Assembly: GCA_964624795.1 (NCBI GenBank) | Contig: CAZUZS010000009.1 | Location: forward strand, 32,361-96,360 | DNA: 64,000 nt | Direction of reading: 5' to 3' | Source of the DNA: an uncultured Calditrichaceae bacterium | Lineage (GTDB): Bacteria > Calditrichota > Calditrichia > RBG-13-44-9 | Shown: in pieces, positions 21,156-30,063 of the stretch | Position numbering within the stretch: the stretch's first letter is position 1 | How the letters are laid out: the number at the start of each line of letters is the position of its first letter | Position numbers and translations under genes: made by a program | The notes under the pieces: model-generated | What the model was told of the DNA's origin: nothing | Databases searched by the model: none | What the model saw: the letters and a program-made list of their open reading frames with translations, nothing else

Positions 21156-22034
21156 ATGCAACCTAATGAAATAGCCGATCAAACAAAATCGTTTAAAATA
21201 GATCCGGCAACAACTGTCGGGGCAGTGTCACTTGCAGTTTCGGATATCACCAAAATGTCCGGATTTTACCAGGCTGTTATCGGGTTGAGCATCCTCAACC
21301 AGTCGCAAACCTCGGCCATTTTGGGGGTGGGCAGGACGCCGCTTGTCCGGCTGGTATCCCGGGCCGGCGGGAAACGATATTCACGCACAACGGGCCTGTT
21401 CCATCTGGCGCTGCTGCTTCCGGGACGACCTGATTTGGGAAATTGGCTGCGGCACCTGACAGAGAGAAAATATCCGTTGGATGGCGCGGGAGACCATCTG
21501 GTAAGCGAGGCGTTGTATTTAACTGACCCGGAAGGAAACGGCATTGAGGTCTACTGTGACCGAGCGCGGGAAACCTGGCAGTTTGACGAAAATGGCATTA
21601 AGATGGATACCCTGGCGGTGGACCGCGAATCGCTGCTCGCGGAGGTTTCCGATACTCCATTTTTAGGGATGCCCTCCGGCGCCGCATTGGGCCACATTCA
21701 TTTGAAAGTGGGCGATCTTCAGGAAACAATGGCGTTTTACCAAGACATCCTGGGTTTCGATCTCATGACCACCTTGCCCGGCGCTGCCTTCTTTTCTGCC
21801 GGTGGCTATCATCATAGAATCGGGGCAAATATTTGGCAATCCAGGGGAGCCGCACCGCCGCCACTTGATGCGCTGGGATTGGTCAGTTTCGAAATCCTTT
21901 TGCCGGACAAAGGAGCAGCGCAAAACATACTGAATCGGGTGGAAGAATCCAATTTGCCAATAGATAAGTCCGGTGAAAATCTTTCCGTGCAGGATCCGGC
22001 AGGAAACCGGATCGAATTTAAAATCACCGGGTAG
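21156..22034 (+). CDS. Two-domain VOC (glyoxalase / extradiol-dioxygenase fold) family protein
   Basis: Two babbb modules are present, each with a conserved His: HLALLLPG and HIHLKVGDLQETMAFYQDILGF, plus GGYHHRIG. 292 aa. Confidence 0.7.
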   Translation: MQPNEIADQTKSFKIDPATTVGAVSLAVSDITKMSGFYQAVIGLSILNQSQTSAILGVGRTPLVRLVSRAGGKRYSRTTGLFHLALLLPGRPDLGNWLRHLTERKYPLDGAGDHLVSEALYLTDPEGNGIEVYCDRARETWQFDENGIKMDTLAVDRESLLAEVSDTPFLGMPSGAALGHIHLKVGDLQETMAFYQDILGFDLMTTLPGAAFFSAGGYHHRIGANIWQSRGAAPPPLDALGLVSFEILLPDKGAAQNILNRVEESNLPIDKSGENLSVQDPAGNRIEFKITG

Positions 22035-22234
22035 TCTGGAGCGCCGCATTTATCCATAGTATTGCTAAATTGAAATGCCAATGCCGTGAGGATTTTCTTT
22101 AAAAACACTCAATATCATTCGTATATTCCGCTGTAATAATTCTTTCTAAAGCAAATCGCGTTTTGATTCGCTTTTGCGAGAATATTCTGCTTGTTGGTAA
22201 ATCACCTAATTCATAAAAAAAGGGAGCGTATATA

Positions 22235-23047
22235 ATGAAGGCCACCCGGATCTTAATGACATTTCTCCTAATTACCGGTTTCACCATCATCTCATGCAGC
22301 ACTGTCCCACTGACCAATCGGAAGCAACTTTCGCTGATCCCCAGCTCCTCCATGCTGTCCATGAGCTTTGAGCAGTACGACCAGTTCCTTAAATCCAACA
22401 AACTCAGCACAAACCAGCAACAAACCGAAATGGTGAAGACGGTTGGTCACAAAATACAGGGAGCAGTTGAGAAATATATGAAGGACAATAATCTGTCAGA
22501 CCGTCTGAATGGCTACAATTGGGAGTTCAACCTGGTTGAGAGTAATGAAGTAAACGCCTGGTGTATGCCCGGCGGAAAGGTCGTTGTTTATACAGGCATT
22601 TTGCCCATCACTCAAAATGCTGGTGGATTGGCAGTTGTTATGGGACACGAAATCGCCCATGCTGTCGCGCGGCATGGCGATGAAAGAATGAGCCAGGCGC
22701 TTCTCACACAATTGGGCGGGGTAGCGCTTTCGGTAGCTTTAAAGGACCAGCCTGAAAAGACCCAGCAGCTCTGGATGGCGGCATTTGGGGCTGGTACCCA
22801 GGTTGGGGTTCTGCTGCCCTATAGCCGTCTCCAGGAAAGCGAAGCAGACCATCTCGGCCTGATTTTCATGTCAATGGCAGGTTACGATCCGCATATCGCG
22901 GTCGATTTTTGGGGAAGAATGGCAAAGATGAACCAAGGCCAGAAGCCGCCTGAATTCCTCAGCACCCACCCTTCCGATCAATCCCGGATTGAAAAGATCA
23001 AATCGGAACTACCCGAAGCAATGAAGTATTACCAGGCTTCACGCTAA
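22235..23047 (+). CDS. M48-family zinc metallopeptidase lipoprotein (YcaL/LoiP/BepA-like)
   Basis: The lipoprotein signal is MKATRILMTFLLITGFTIISC. HEIAHAVARH (HExxH) and a downstream E in SEADHLGL are present. A GGGAG ribosome-binding site is present. Confidence 0.85.
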   Translation: MKATRILMTFLLITGFTIISCSTVPLTNRKQLSLIPSSSMLSMSFEQYDQFLKSNKLSTNQQQTEMVKTVGHKIQGAVEKYMKDNNLSDRLNGYNWEFNLVESNEVNAWCMPGGKVVVYTGILPITQNAGGLAVVMGHEIAHAVARHGDERMSQALLTQLGGVALSVALKDQPEKTQQLWMAAFGAGTQVGVLLPYSRLQESEADHLGLIFMSMAGYDPHIAVDFWGRMAKMNQGQKPPEFLSTHPSDQSRIEKIKSELPEAMKYYQASR

Positions 23048-23060
23048 ATTTGAACAGTAT

Positions 23061-23522
23061 ATGCTTAGTCGTATTAGCACAAATATAATTGATTTGACTG
23101 CTTTTCTGGTTGCGAACGCTGCGAACTTAGCACTTGTTATCATATTTCTGTCAAGAACCCGGGGCATGACCCGCCTTGAATTTTACATGGGAATTCTGAT
23201 AATCACGCTGGCAATTCCGCTTGTATTTGTCGCGGTGTACAATCTAATCGGGAATAGAGAATGGTGGAGAATCATACTTCCCCTGCCCTTGATCCTGTTT
23301 TGTATCGTTGAATTACTGCTCGATTACATCCTGCAAATACAATTCAGGGATACCCCTTTATTGTGGCCTTACATTATTCCGCTCTATTTGGGCCAACTGG
23401 GAATGATCGGTTATTCATTTTTGATAAGAAGGATTTATGGCTTCATCACGCTGGGGACATATTTCATGACCTTGTTCGCCTCATGGTATTCATTTTCGCA
23501 GGCCAGTCATAGTGAAATATAA
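23061..23522 (+). CDS. Hypothetical integral membrane protein (4 predicted TM segments)
   Basis: Four hydrophobic helices. It starts 14 bp after the M48 gene. Confidence 0.45.
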   Translation: MLSRISTNIIDLTAFLVANAANLALVIIFLSRTRGMTRLEFYMGILIITLAIPLVFVAVYNLIGNREWWRIILPLPLILFCIVELLLDYILQIQFRDTPLLWPYIIPLYLGQLGMIGYSFLIRRIYGFITLGTYFMTLFASWYSFSQASHSEI

Positions 23523-23606
23523 GAGGCCCGCTTAGTTGGCAGGAGTCAAGTTCATTATGAAATGGTAAAATTGTTGGAAGTAAAGGTGATAGGTTGCCGG
23601 GACGGC

Positions 23607-24047
23607 TCAACTACTACTGTGTTCCTTACAGCGGCCAAATATCTGCAACTGATGGCTAATCATTTCCATTCCATATTTTTCGCAGATTTCCTTTTGTCGC
23701 CGCTCAATCACGTCATCCGCAAATTCCACCACTTTGCCGCAAACCACGCAAATCAGATGATCGTGATGCGGTAAATTCATGGACAGTTCATAAGTAGCGA
23801 AGCCCTGTCCCATATTTTCTTTTTTTATGATTTCTATCTTGTGCAGCAATTCCAGGGTCCGATAGACCGTGGCGCGAGAGATGTGGTTATGTTTTTCCCT
23901 GATATGTATGAAGAGCTGTTCTGCATCAAAATGAGATGGAAATGAGAAGATCTCTTCCAGGATAATCACCCGTTCCGTGGTAAAACGCAATCCATTTGCT
24001 TTAAGGTATTTCCGCAGTTTCTGCAGAGCATTTTGAAAATCTATCAT
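23607..24047 (-). CDS. fur: Ferric uptake regulator family transcription factor
   Basis: ERVIILEEIF...HISRATVYRTLELL is the winged HTH. HHDHLICVVCGKVVEFADDVIERRQKEI matches the E. coli Fur [28 protein letters not shown] segment almost residue for residue. Confidence 0.85.
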   Translation of the reverse strand: MIDFQNALQKLRKYLKANGLRFTTERVIILEEIFSFPSHFDAEQLFIHIREKHNHISRATVYRTLELLHKIEIIKKENMGQGFATYELSMNLPHHDHLICVVCGKVVEFADDVIERRQKEICEKYGMEMISHQLQIFGRCKEHSSS

Positions 24048-24116
24048 AAACTATCTGGAATGATCTTTAAAATTCAACCATGAAACGCCAGGTTTGGACA
24101 CCGCAGAAAGTAGATT

Positions 24117-25040
24117 TCAATTAAAATTAAGATCGTTAAAATAGAAATCAGTGGGATCGATAGCTTTGCCGTGATAATGGACTTCGTAATGTAAATGCGG
24201 GGCAGTAGAAATTCCAGTGTTGCCAACCTCCCCGATTTTCTCTCCGCGTTTTACAAATTGCCCCCGACGAACATAAATCTTCTGCAAATGTCCGTATTTT
24301 GTTTCAAAGCCGTATTTATGATTAATGGAAATAAAAAGGCCGTATCCGCCGTTCTTGCCGGTAAAATTCACATACCCATCTGCACTTGCCAGGATCGGTG
24401 TCCCACGGTTTGCCGCAAGATCGACTCCATAGTGTGGCATGATTCGCTTAAAAATGGGATGCCGCCTTCTTCCAAATCCATCTGTCAATCTGCCGTTTGG
24501 CACCGGTTTAATCGCCGGCAGGAACCGCAACGAATCGTCCTTGCGTTCCATGGTAGAAATGAGTTTTTTATAGCTGTCTACTTCGAGCTTAATTTCTCGT
24601 TCCAGCCGGGCAAGCACACTCTGATTATCGACAATCGTAGATTTTAAATGCAAATCTTCTAATTCCGGACCAGAAAAATGCGTAATATCCGATCCACCTA
24701 TACCCACCTGCCTTACATCGGAATCGATAAGCGGAATGTCCAGCCGGGCTCGCACTTTGTCATCCAACTCCTCCACCTGGTTCAACTGGTCCCTAATAAA
24801 CGTAATTTTGTCGCTCATGAATTTGAGCTGTTCTTCTAAAACTGAATTTTTTTTCTGCAATTGCGAAATTTTTGAATTATGATTTAGCTTGATCACGAGG
24901 TCGGAAGACACTTTCAAAGCTACAACGATTAACAAAGTAACGATGAGAATGCTGAAAATTACCTTTGGGAGGGAAATTGTGATTTGCTTAATTTTTGACG
25001 TGCCGGGGTTGACAAATACAAAACGAGAATTTTTAGTCAT
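24117..25040 (-). CDS. M23 (LytM-domain) peptidoglycan endopeptidase with an N-terminal coiled coil (EnvC/NlpD-like)
   Basis: A TM anchor is followed by a coiled coil. The LytM motifs are HYGVDLAANRGTPILASADGYV and GNTGISTAPHLHYEV. The alternative upstream start at 25082 is less likely. Confidence 0.8.
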   Translation of the reverse strand: MTKNSRFVFVNPGTSKIKQITISLPKVIFSILIVTLLIVVALKVSSDLVIKLNHNSKISQLQKKNSVLEEQLKFMSDKITFIRDQLNQVEELDDKVRARLDIPLIDSDVRQVGIGGSDITHFSGPELEDLHLKSTIVDNQSVLARLEREIKLEVDSYKKLISTMERKDDSLRFLPAIKPVPNGRLTDGFGRRRHPIFKRIMPHYGVDLAANRGTPILASADGYVNFTGKNGGYGLFISINHKYGFETKYGHLQKIYVRRGQFVKRGEKIGEVGNTGISTAPHLHYEVHYHGKAIDPTDFYFNDLNFN

Positions 25041-25555
25041 AGCCTGATTCCTTTTCTGCGAATTTCCACCTCTAACTTTCATAAAATAATCATTTATGTG
25101 ATTTTTGTCAATACCTAAAAAACAAAGAATTTAATTTTATTTCCGGATTCTCTACAAAAGAAGAAGAATATGGGACTTGTTTTATCGGATTTTAATATTT
25201 CTGAGGCGATTGTAAAGGAAAAAACTGCCATTATCAACTCCCTCTCCGTCACTTTTATGACATTTGCCTCAAAAAAATGCAAATGTTATTCCACCCCTTC
25301 TATATTATCGGCCTGGAAGCGCGAATCCTTCGTCAACTAATTAAAAAACAATTTCTTGAATTATTGATTCCCATCAAATCGACTTAAAATACAGACGAAA
25401 ACAAGAGGTTCAAAACCGCCACAATCCGGCTCCTTTGATCAAAACAGCTGAACCCGGCCAAAATCAAGCCAACGCCCGAATTTCGGGGGGACAATGTAAA
25501 GAAAAATGGGGAATTAACAAAGCAAGAAATTTTTTGGGATAAAGGTGGCTTCTTG

Positions 25556-28027
25556 TCATGTCGCAATGTGATCAAGATCCACAACATAGTCGCAGTAATC
25601 GATGTATTTGGGATTTGAAGCGCATACAATAACCTGGTGATTCTTTTTCAAATCGCGTAGCGTGGCAAAAATTCGCTCAGTGCGCGACGGGTCAAACTGA
25701 ACAAATGCATCGTCCACGATAAATGGGAATGGGATTTGGGGTGAAAGTAACTCGGATAGAACGAGGCGGTAAGCGAAGAATAGTTGGTCGTGGGTTCCGC
25801 TGCTCAACTGGTTCAACTGGATCGGTCTTCCTTTATATCCCAATTGAATTCTGAAATCCGGGTCCAGGTTGACCTGGAAATTCATGGGACTTATCATCCT
25901 TTCGAGGTGCTTTTGGATTCCGCTATTGATTGCCTGGAGATGCGCATTCCTGAATTCCTGCACCGAGGAACGAAGGGTATCGAGAGCCAGGACCAGAGCA
26001 TCCCGCCTGATTCCCAGATACGCGACTGCCTTCTCTAAATCTTCTTTTTCTTCCTTAAGCTGCTCCGGATTGTAGCTGACAGTGGTTGTTTGCTGTGCCT
26101 GGGCACGGTAGGTCGCAATTTGGCTATCCAATTCATTTTTCTCATTGAAAGCGTTATTAATATCATTTTCTATTTTATCAATAAGCACTTCCGGTTCATT
26201 TTTCTCCAGTAATTTTTCCAAACGAGGCAATTCGGCGATGAGTTGATCCCGGGAGTACTCCAGGTTAGAAATTTGCTGCATCAACTTTTCCTTCAACTCC
26301 AATAAGCTCTCGTGGGAAGGCAATGCCGCCAACTGCTGCGCGTAGGCCTCGAGTTGGCTACAATTCTTTTGATATTGTGCAATTTCTTCCATAAGAACGG
26401 AGCCATTCTTTTTGACCAGTTTCTCGAGATTTTCAGCATATTGGCAATATTGAGGATCGTCCACTATCGCCTTCAGATCCTCTCGGAGGCTATTCATCAA
26501 TAGCGCAACATCTTCCTGTCGCTTTCGGTTCGTCACGAATTTCCGGTATTCCAGCATAGTATGTTCGAGATTGTCGCCTATATAATCTTTGATCGAATTA
26601 AAATTCAGATTTCTGCTTTCCTGAAACTGTTTTAAGATTATATGGGAATTTCTCCACTCCTGTCGCGCATTTTTCAGTTTTTTGCGAACCGGAAAAACCT
26701 CTACGGAAAAAACAATAATCGTAGCAAATAAAAAGAGAACCGAACCCGCCCAGCCTAAAATGGAGAGGGGACTGATAAAATACGTTGCAAGCCCCGAGGA
26801 AATAAATATGATTAACAAAGTCAAATCCAAAAAGAGCCGCCCCCTGAATCTCTTGCTCAGGGAATCGGTAACATTTCCCTTCTCCTTCTCTTCATCTTGG
26901 TAGTGAGGAATCTTGCTATCCATTTTACGGATTTCTTCAACGATATAAAGGAAATTCTGCGGCGCATCAGAAAAATCTGGAACATCTTTTAACTCCTCCT
27001 GTAAGCCGCTTATCTCGGATTCTAAAGTGGACAAACGAGATTCAATCTCCAATTTTCGCTTTCTCAAAGGCAGGAATGCGCTGCTCTCTCTCTGAAGCTC
27101 GGAAGGATCGTAGGCAGCCAGATGCGGATATGAGTTGCTGTTTTGCACCTGCAGCACCTCCTTTTTGTGCATAATGCTTTCAACCTGTTCCAGCCGGGCA
27201 AGGATTTCCGTTTTTTTTGATTGCAGCTGATTCTTGCTGTCGCGAATCTGCTTCATTTTTCGCAATTCCACCAGCAGCCGCTGTAAAGATGGTATTTGCA
27301 CCTCACGTTTTTTTCGCCTGGATTCTGCCTCCAACAGATTCTGCTGAATTTCCCGTTGAGAATTGAAATATGAAGATTCGTCTTCAATCCTGATCTCCAA
27401 CTCCTGAATCGACTTGTTCTTTTTCTCCAAAAGCTGGTCGGTTCGTGGGCCACCATATTTTTGCCAGGGCAGGCGATCCCGGGTAAGGCGATAATATTCG
27501 TCTTCCAGGGCGCCCAGAACATCTTCGTAATCCGTTTCCCGCGTACCGGTAATCAGCTGTCGCAGTCCTGCATCCACATCAACCCGCACCTGGTGCTCGT
27601 GAATTACCGATGTCGCCATCAGAATATCTCTTGGCGGAAGGGGAAAAATCTGGCGGAAAGCCTCAAAGTATATCCGGTCAAATTTTTCGGATGGCAGATG
27701 GTAATCTTTGAAGAGAATCCGTTCCGAGTTCCCCAATTCCGAAATACGTACAAAATTCTTATCCAGATCTCTATCGATCAGGAACTGTTTTTTGTCCTGC
27801 TCAAAAAATAGTCGAACGCGGTAATCTTCCTCATTTTCCCAGGAACGGTAAAGCTTTTTCTCGGTTGGCTTCAATCCATAAAGCGCCGCAAACAGGGCAC
27901 CGATAATTGTCGATTTCCCGGCTTCGTTTCGTCCAAAGACCAGGCCCAATTCACCAGGCTTAAACTCGAAGTCGACTGGCCGGGAAAAATTACCAAACCC
28001 GGAAATTTCAATTCGTGTGATCTGCAT
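25556..28027 (-). CDS. SbcC/YhaN-like AAA ATPase with long coiled coils and an internal two-helix membrane hairpin
   Basis: The N-terminus is MQITRIEISGFGNF...GRNEAGKST (Walker A). Extensive heptad coiled coils follow. The TM pair is LTLLIIFISSGLATYFI / ILGWAGSVLFLFATIIVFSV. The C-terminus carries the signature LSSGTHDQLFFAYRL and Walker B FIVDDAFVQFD. Confidence 0.75.
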   Translation of the reverse strand: MQITRIEISGFGNFSRPVDFEFKPGELGLVFGRNEAGKSTIIGALFAALYGLKPTEKKLYRSWENEEDYRVRLFFEQDKKQFLIDRDLDKNFVRISELGNSERILFKDYHLPSEKFDRIYFEAFRQIFPLPPRDILMATSVIHEHQVRVDVDAGLRQLITGTRETDYEDVLGALEDEYYRLTRDRLPWQKYGGPRTDQLLEKKNKSIQELEIRIEDESSYFNSQREIQQNLLEAESRRKKREVQIPSLQRLLVELRKMKQIRDSKNQLQSKKTEILARLEQVESIMHKKEVLQVQNSNSYPHLAAYDPSELQRESSAFLPLRKRKLEIESRLSTLESEISGLQEELKDVPDFSDAPQNFLYIVEEIRKMDSKIPHYQDEEKEKGNVTDSLSKRFRGRLFLDLTLLIIFISSGLATYFISPLSILGWAGSVLFLFATIIVFSVEVFPVRKKLKNARQEWRNSHIILKQFQESRNLNFNSIKDYIGDNLEHTMLEYRKFVTNRKRQEDVALLMNSLREDLKAIVDDPQYCQYAENLEKLVKKNGSVLMEEIAQYQKNCSQLEAYAQQLAALPSHESLLELKEKLMQQISNLEYSRDQLIAELPRLEKLLEKNEPEVLIDKIENDINNAFNEKNELDSQIATYRAQAQQTTTVSYNPEQLKEEKEDLEKAVAYLGIRRDALVLALDTLRSSVQEFRNAHLQAINSGIQKHLERMISPMNFQVNLDPDFRIQLGYKGRPIQLNQLSSGTHDQLFFAYRLVLSELLSPQIPFPFIVDDAFVQFDPSRTERIFATLRDLKKNHQVIVCASNPKYIDYCDYVVDLDHIAT

Positions 28028-28183
28028 TTTCCCCTAAACTCGAACGATTTGCTGTAATTTTATCATTTTTGTCCCGGTAGGCAAATTTGCTTTACGGAAA
28101 TACAACCCGGGATGAAAACCTATGGCAAAGTATAGATTTGTATTCTGCTCACACTGGAATAGGATTGCCTTGCTCTGCTGTTC

Positions 28184-29323
28184 TTAATCGATGGTAAAGT
28201 ACCCCATCAGGATTTTCAGTGCTTCCTGAGTCTTGAGTTTCTCCTCGTCATCGTCCGTATTTTGCAGCTTCTCCAACAATTTTCGCACCACCAGGCCCCG
28301 GATCGTATTCTCCTGCTCAATCAACTCCAGTTTTTCCGAGGCTGTGTATCTTGTCCGGTCCTCGACCTGAAAATAGAAGAACCCGGATTCGCAAAGCGCC
28401 TCCAAACGCGAACCGTTCAACAGAAATTCGGTTGGTCCGGTAAGTATCAACCGAAGAATCTCGCGCTGGTTGGCATATTTCTTAACAATCATCTCCGCAA
28501 CGTCTTCAGTGCTACCTAAATTGTGCTGCGAAAAATCAAGTTCGATTGTTCGATAAAATCTCTTCTGGAATTCGACATCGGTGGAACGGACGAATACTTC
28601 ATCTCGGTCGAATTCCACAACCACCACTTTACGGGCCCCCTCATCCCCCCAGCTCAGCGGTTCCAGGCATCCGGGATAGACAATATGCATTCCGTCTGAA
28701 TGATAATGCCGGAAGTTATGATAATGCCCAAGCGCCACATAGTCGAAACCTGTTTTAAACAAAGCCTCGGCGCTCAGAGGAATGTCCTGACTGTGCACCT
28801 GCCATTCCTGATTACCCACCAGTGAACCATGGATCAATGCGATATTTCGCACGTTCTTTTTTGCCGGCTGAAATGAATCAAATGGAGGACGGGAAAGAAA
28901 GCTGTAGGCCAATCCGTATATGTGGAAGATTTCACCCCGGATATCCACTTCGGCGGGTTCCCGGATGTTTGGCGAGAGTAAAAGTGTTACGCCGGGGAAC
29001 CTTTCCCTGCGAAAGACTGATTGGGGAGAAATAATATTATCGTGATTACCGGGCACCAGGAATACCGGAATATCCTTTTCGGCCACGTCGCGGAAAACAG
29101 CTTTCACTTTACCCAGAAGATTTATGTCAGGGAATGGCGAATCAAATAAATCGCCGGCTATCAGGATAGCATCCACCGGCGGGGTTTCTTCCATCGCCTG
29201 GTAAATCAATTGGGTAAAACTCTGGAATAGCTCGTGCGTCCGGATTTCCTGTTTTTCCACAGGGAGATATTTTTGTCGTGCGCCTAAGTGGATATCTGCT
29301 AAATGTAAAAACCGGGCTGCCAT
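28184..29323 (-). CDS. SbcD/Mre11-like calcineurin-fold nuclease (YhaO-like)
   Basis: Motifs in order are FLHLADIHLG, ILIAGDLFD, FLVPGNHD, GHYH and a later H. 379 aa, immediately upstream of the SbcC-like gene. Confidence 0.8.
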   Translation of the reverse strand: MAARFLHLADIHLGARQKYLPVEKQEIRTHELFQSFTQLIYQAMEETPPVDAILIAGDLFDSPFPDINLLGKVKAVFRDVAEKDIPVFLVPGNHDNIISPQSVFRRERFPGVTLLLSPNIREPAEVDIRGEIFHIYGLAYSFLSRPPFDSFQPAKKNVRNIALIHGSLVGNQEWQVHSQDIPLSAEALFKTGFDYVALGHYHNFRHYHSDGMHIVYPGCLEPLSWGDEGARKVVVVEFDRDEVFVRSTDVEFQKRFYRTIELDFSQHNLGSTEDVAEMIVKKYANQREILRLILTGPTEFLLNGSRLEALCESGFFYFQVEDRTRYTASEKLELIEQENTIRGLVVRKLLEKLQNTDDDEEKLKTQEALKILMGYFTID

Positions 29324-29481
29324 TTAGTATTCGATGTAAATTTTATTGTGCGCTCTGAATATCGTTGGATAAATTTTTGCCGCAATGAGGCAAATGAAAT
29401 TTGCCAAAAGAAAAGTAAACAAAATAGTTAACAAAAATATGTGCTGAAATTTTTCGGCAATTAAATGAAAGAGGGGTAAAA

Positions 29482-29871
29482 TTACCTGAATAGCGCCTTT
29501 ATGCTGCCCCACGTGCGGTTGATCCCGGTAACCACCATTACGGGCAAAGATTCGCTATGCTGAGAACTGCCATCCTTATTGACAATTCTCAGTCGATAAT
29601 AGAACAAACTCTTGATCTTTCCCAACTGGTCGTCCACAAAGAGGTACTGAAAACCAGGCCCTTTCGCAGCAACTTCACCAATATCTGAAAATGATCGATT
29701 ATCAATGGACCGCTCGATTACGAACTTATCCACATTGACTTCCTGCGTCGTTTTCCACTGCAGGGAAATTTCGCTGGATCCCGGTTCAGCCTTCCATTCG
29801 GTGAGAATCGCATTGGCGAAGAGCAGAGAAACAAAGCTGAAAATAAGAACAATGTATTTTATTGTTTTCAT
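29482..29871 (-). CDS. Small secreted protein with a fibronectin-III-like beta-sandwich
   Basis: The signal peptide is MKTIKYIVLIFSFVSLLFANA. SLQWKTT...FVIERS...YYRLRIVNKDG has an Fn3-like pattern. The start may be 29895. Confidence 0.45.
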   Translation of the reverse strand: MKTIKYIVLIFSFVSLLFANAILTEWKAEPGSSEISLQWKTTQEVNVDKFVIERSIDNRSFSDIGEVAAKGPGFQYLFVDDQLGKIKSLFYYRLRIVNKDGSSQHSESLPVMVVTGINRTWGSIKALFR

Positions 29872-30063
29872 ATACTGCTGATTCTTTGACAACATAATTT
29901 AACATTTTTTTTCACTAAATCAAGCCCCAAGATTAAAATTATCGGCAGAATGCCTTTCTTATTCAGGTAAACCTTTTATAGCTTCCACATCAGAATGGCG
30001 CTTGCTCAGCTTTACCATCACGGAAGCACGCCGCCAAATCGATATTGGAAACATGCCTCTACG

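Noticed and set aside
25083-25555. AT-rich 473-bp spacer with a 56-codon ORF (MGLVLSDFNISEAIVKEK...)
   Set aside because: It is below a meaningful size, has no ribosome-binding site, and its composition is consistent with a promoter or UTR region for the M23-fur transcription unit.
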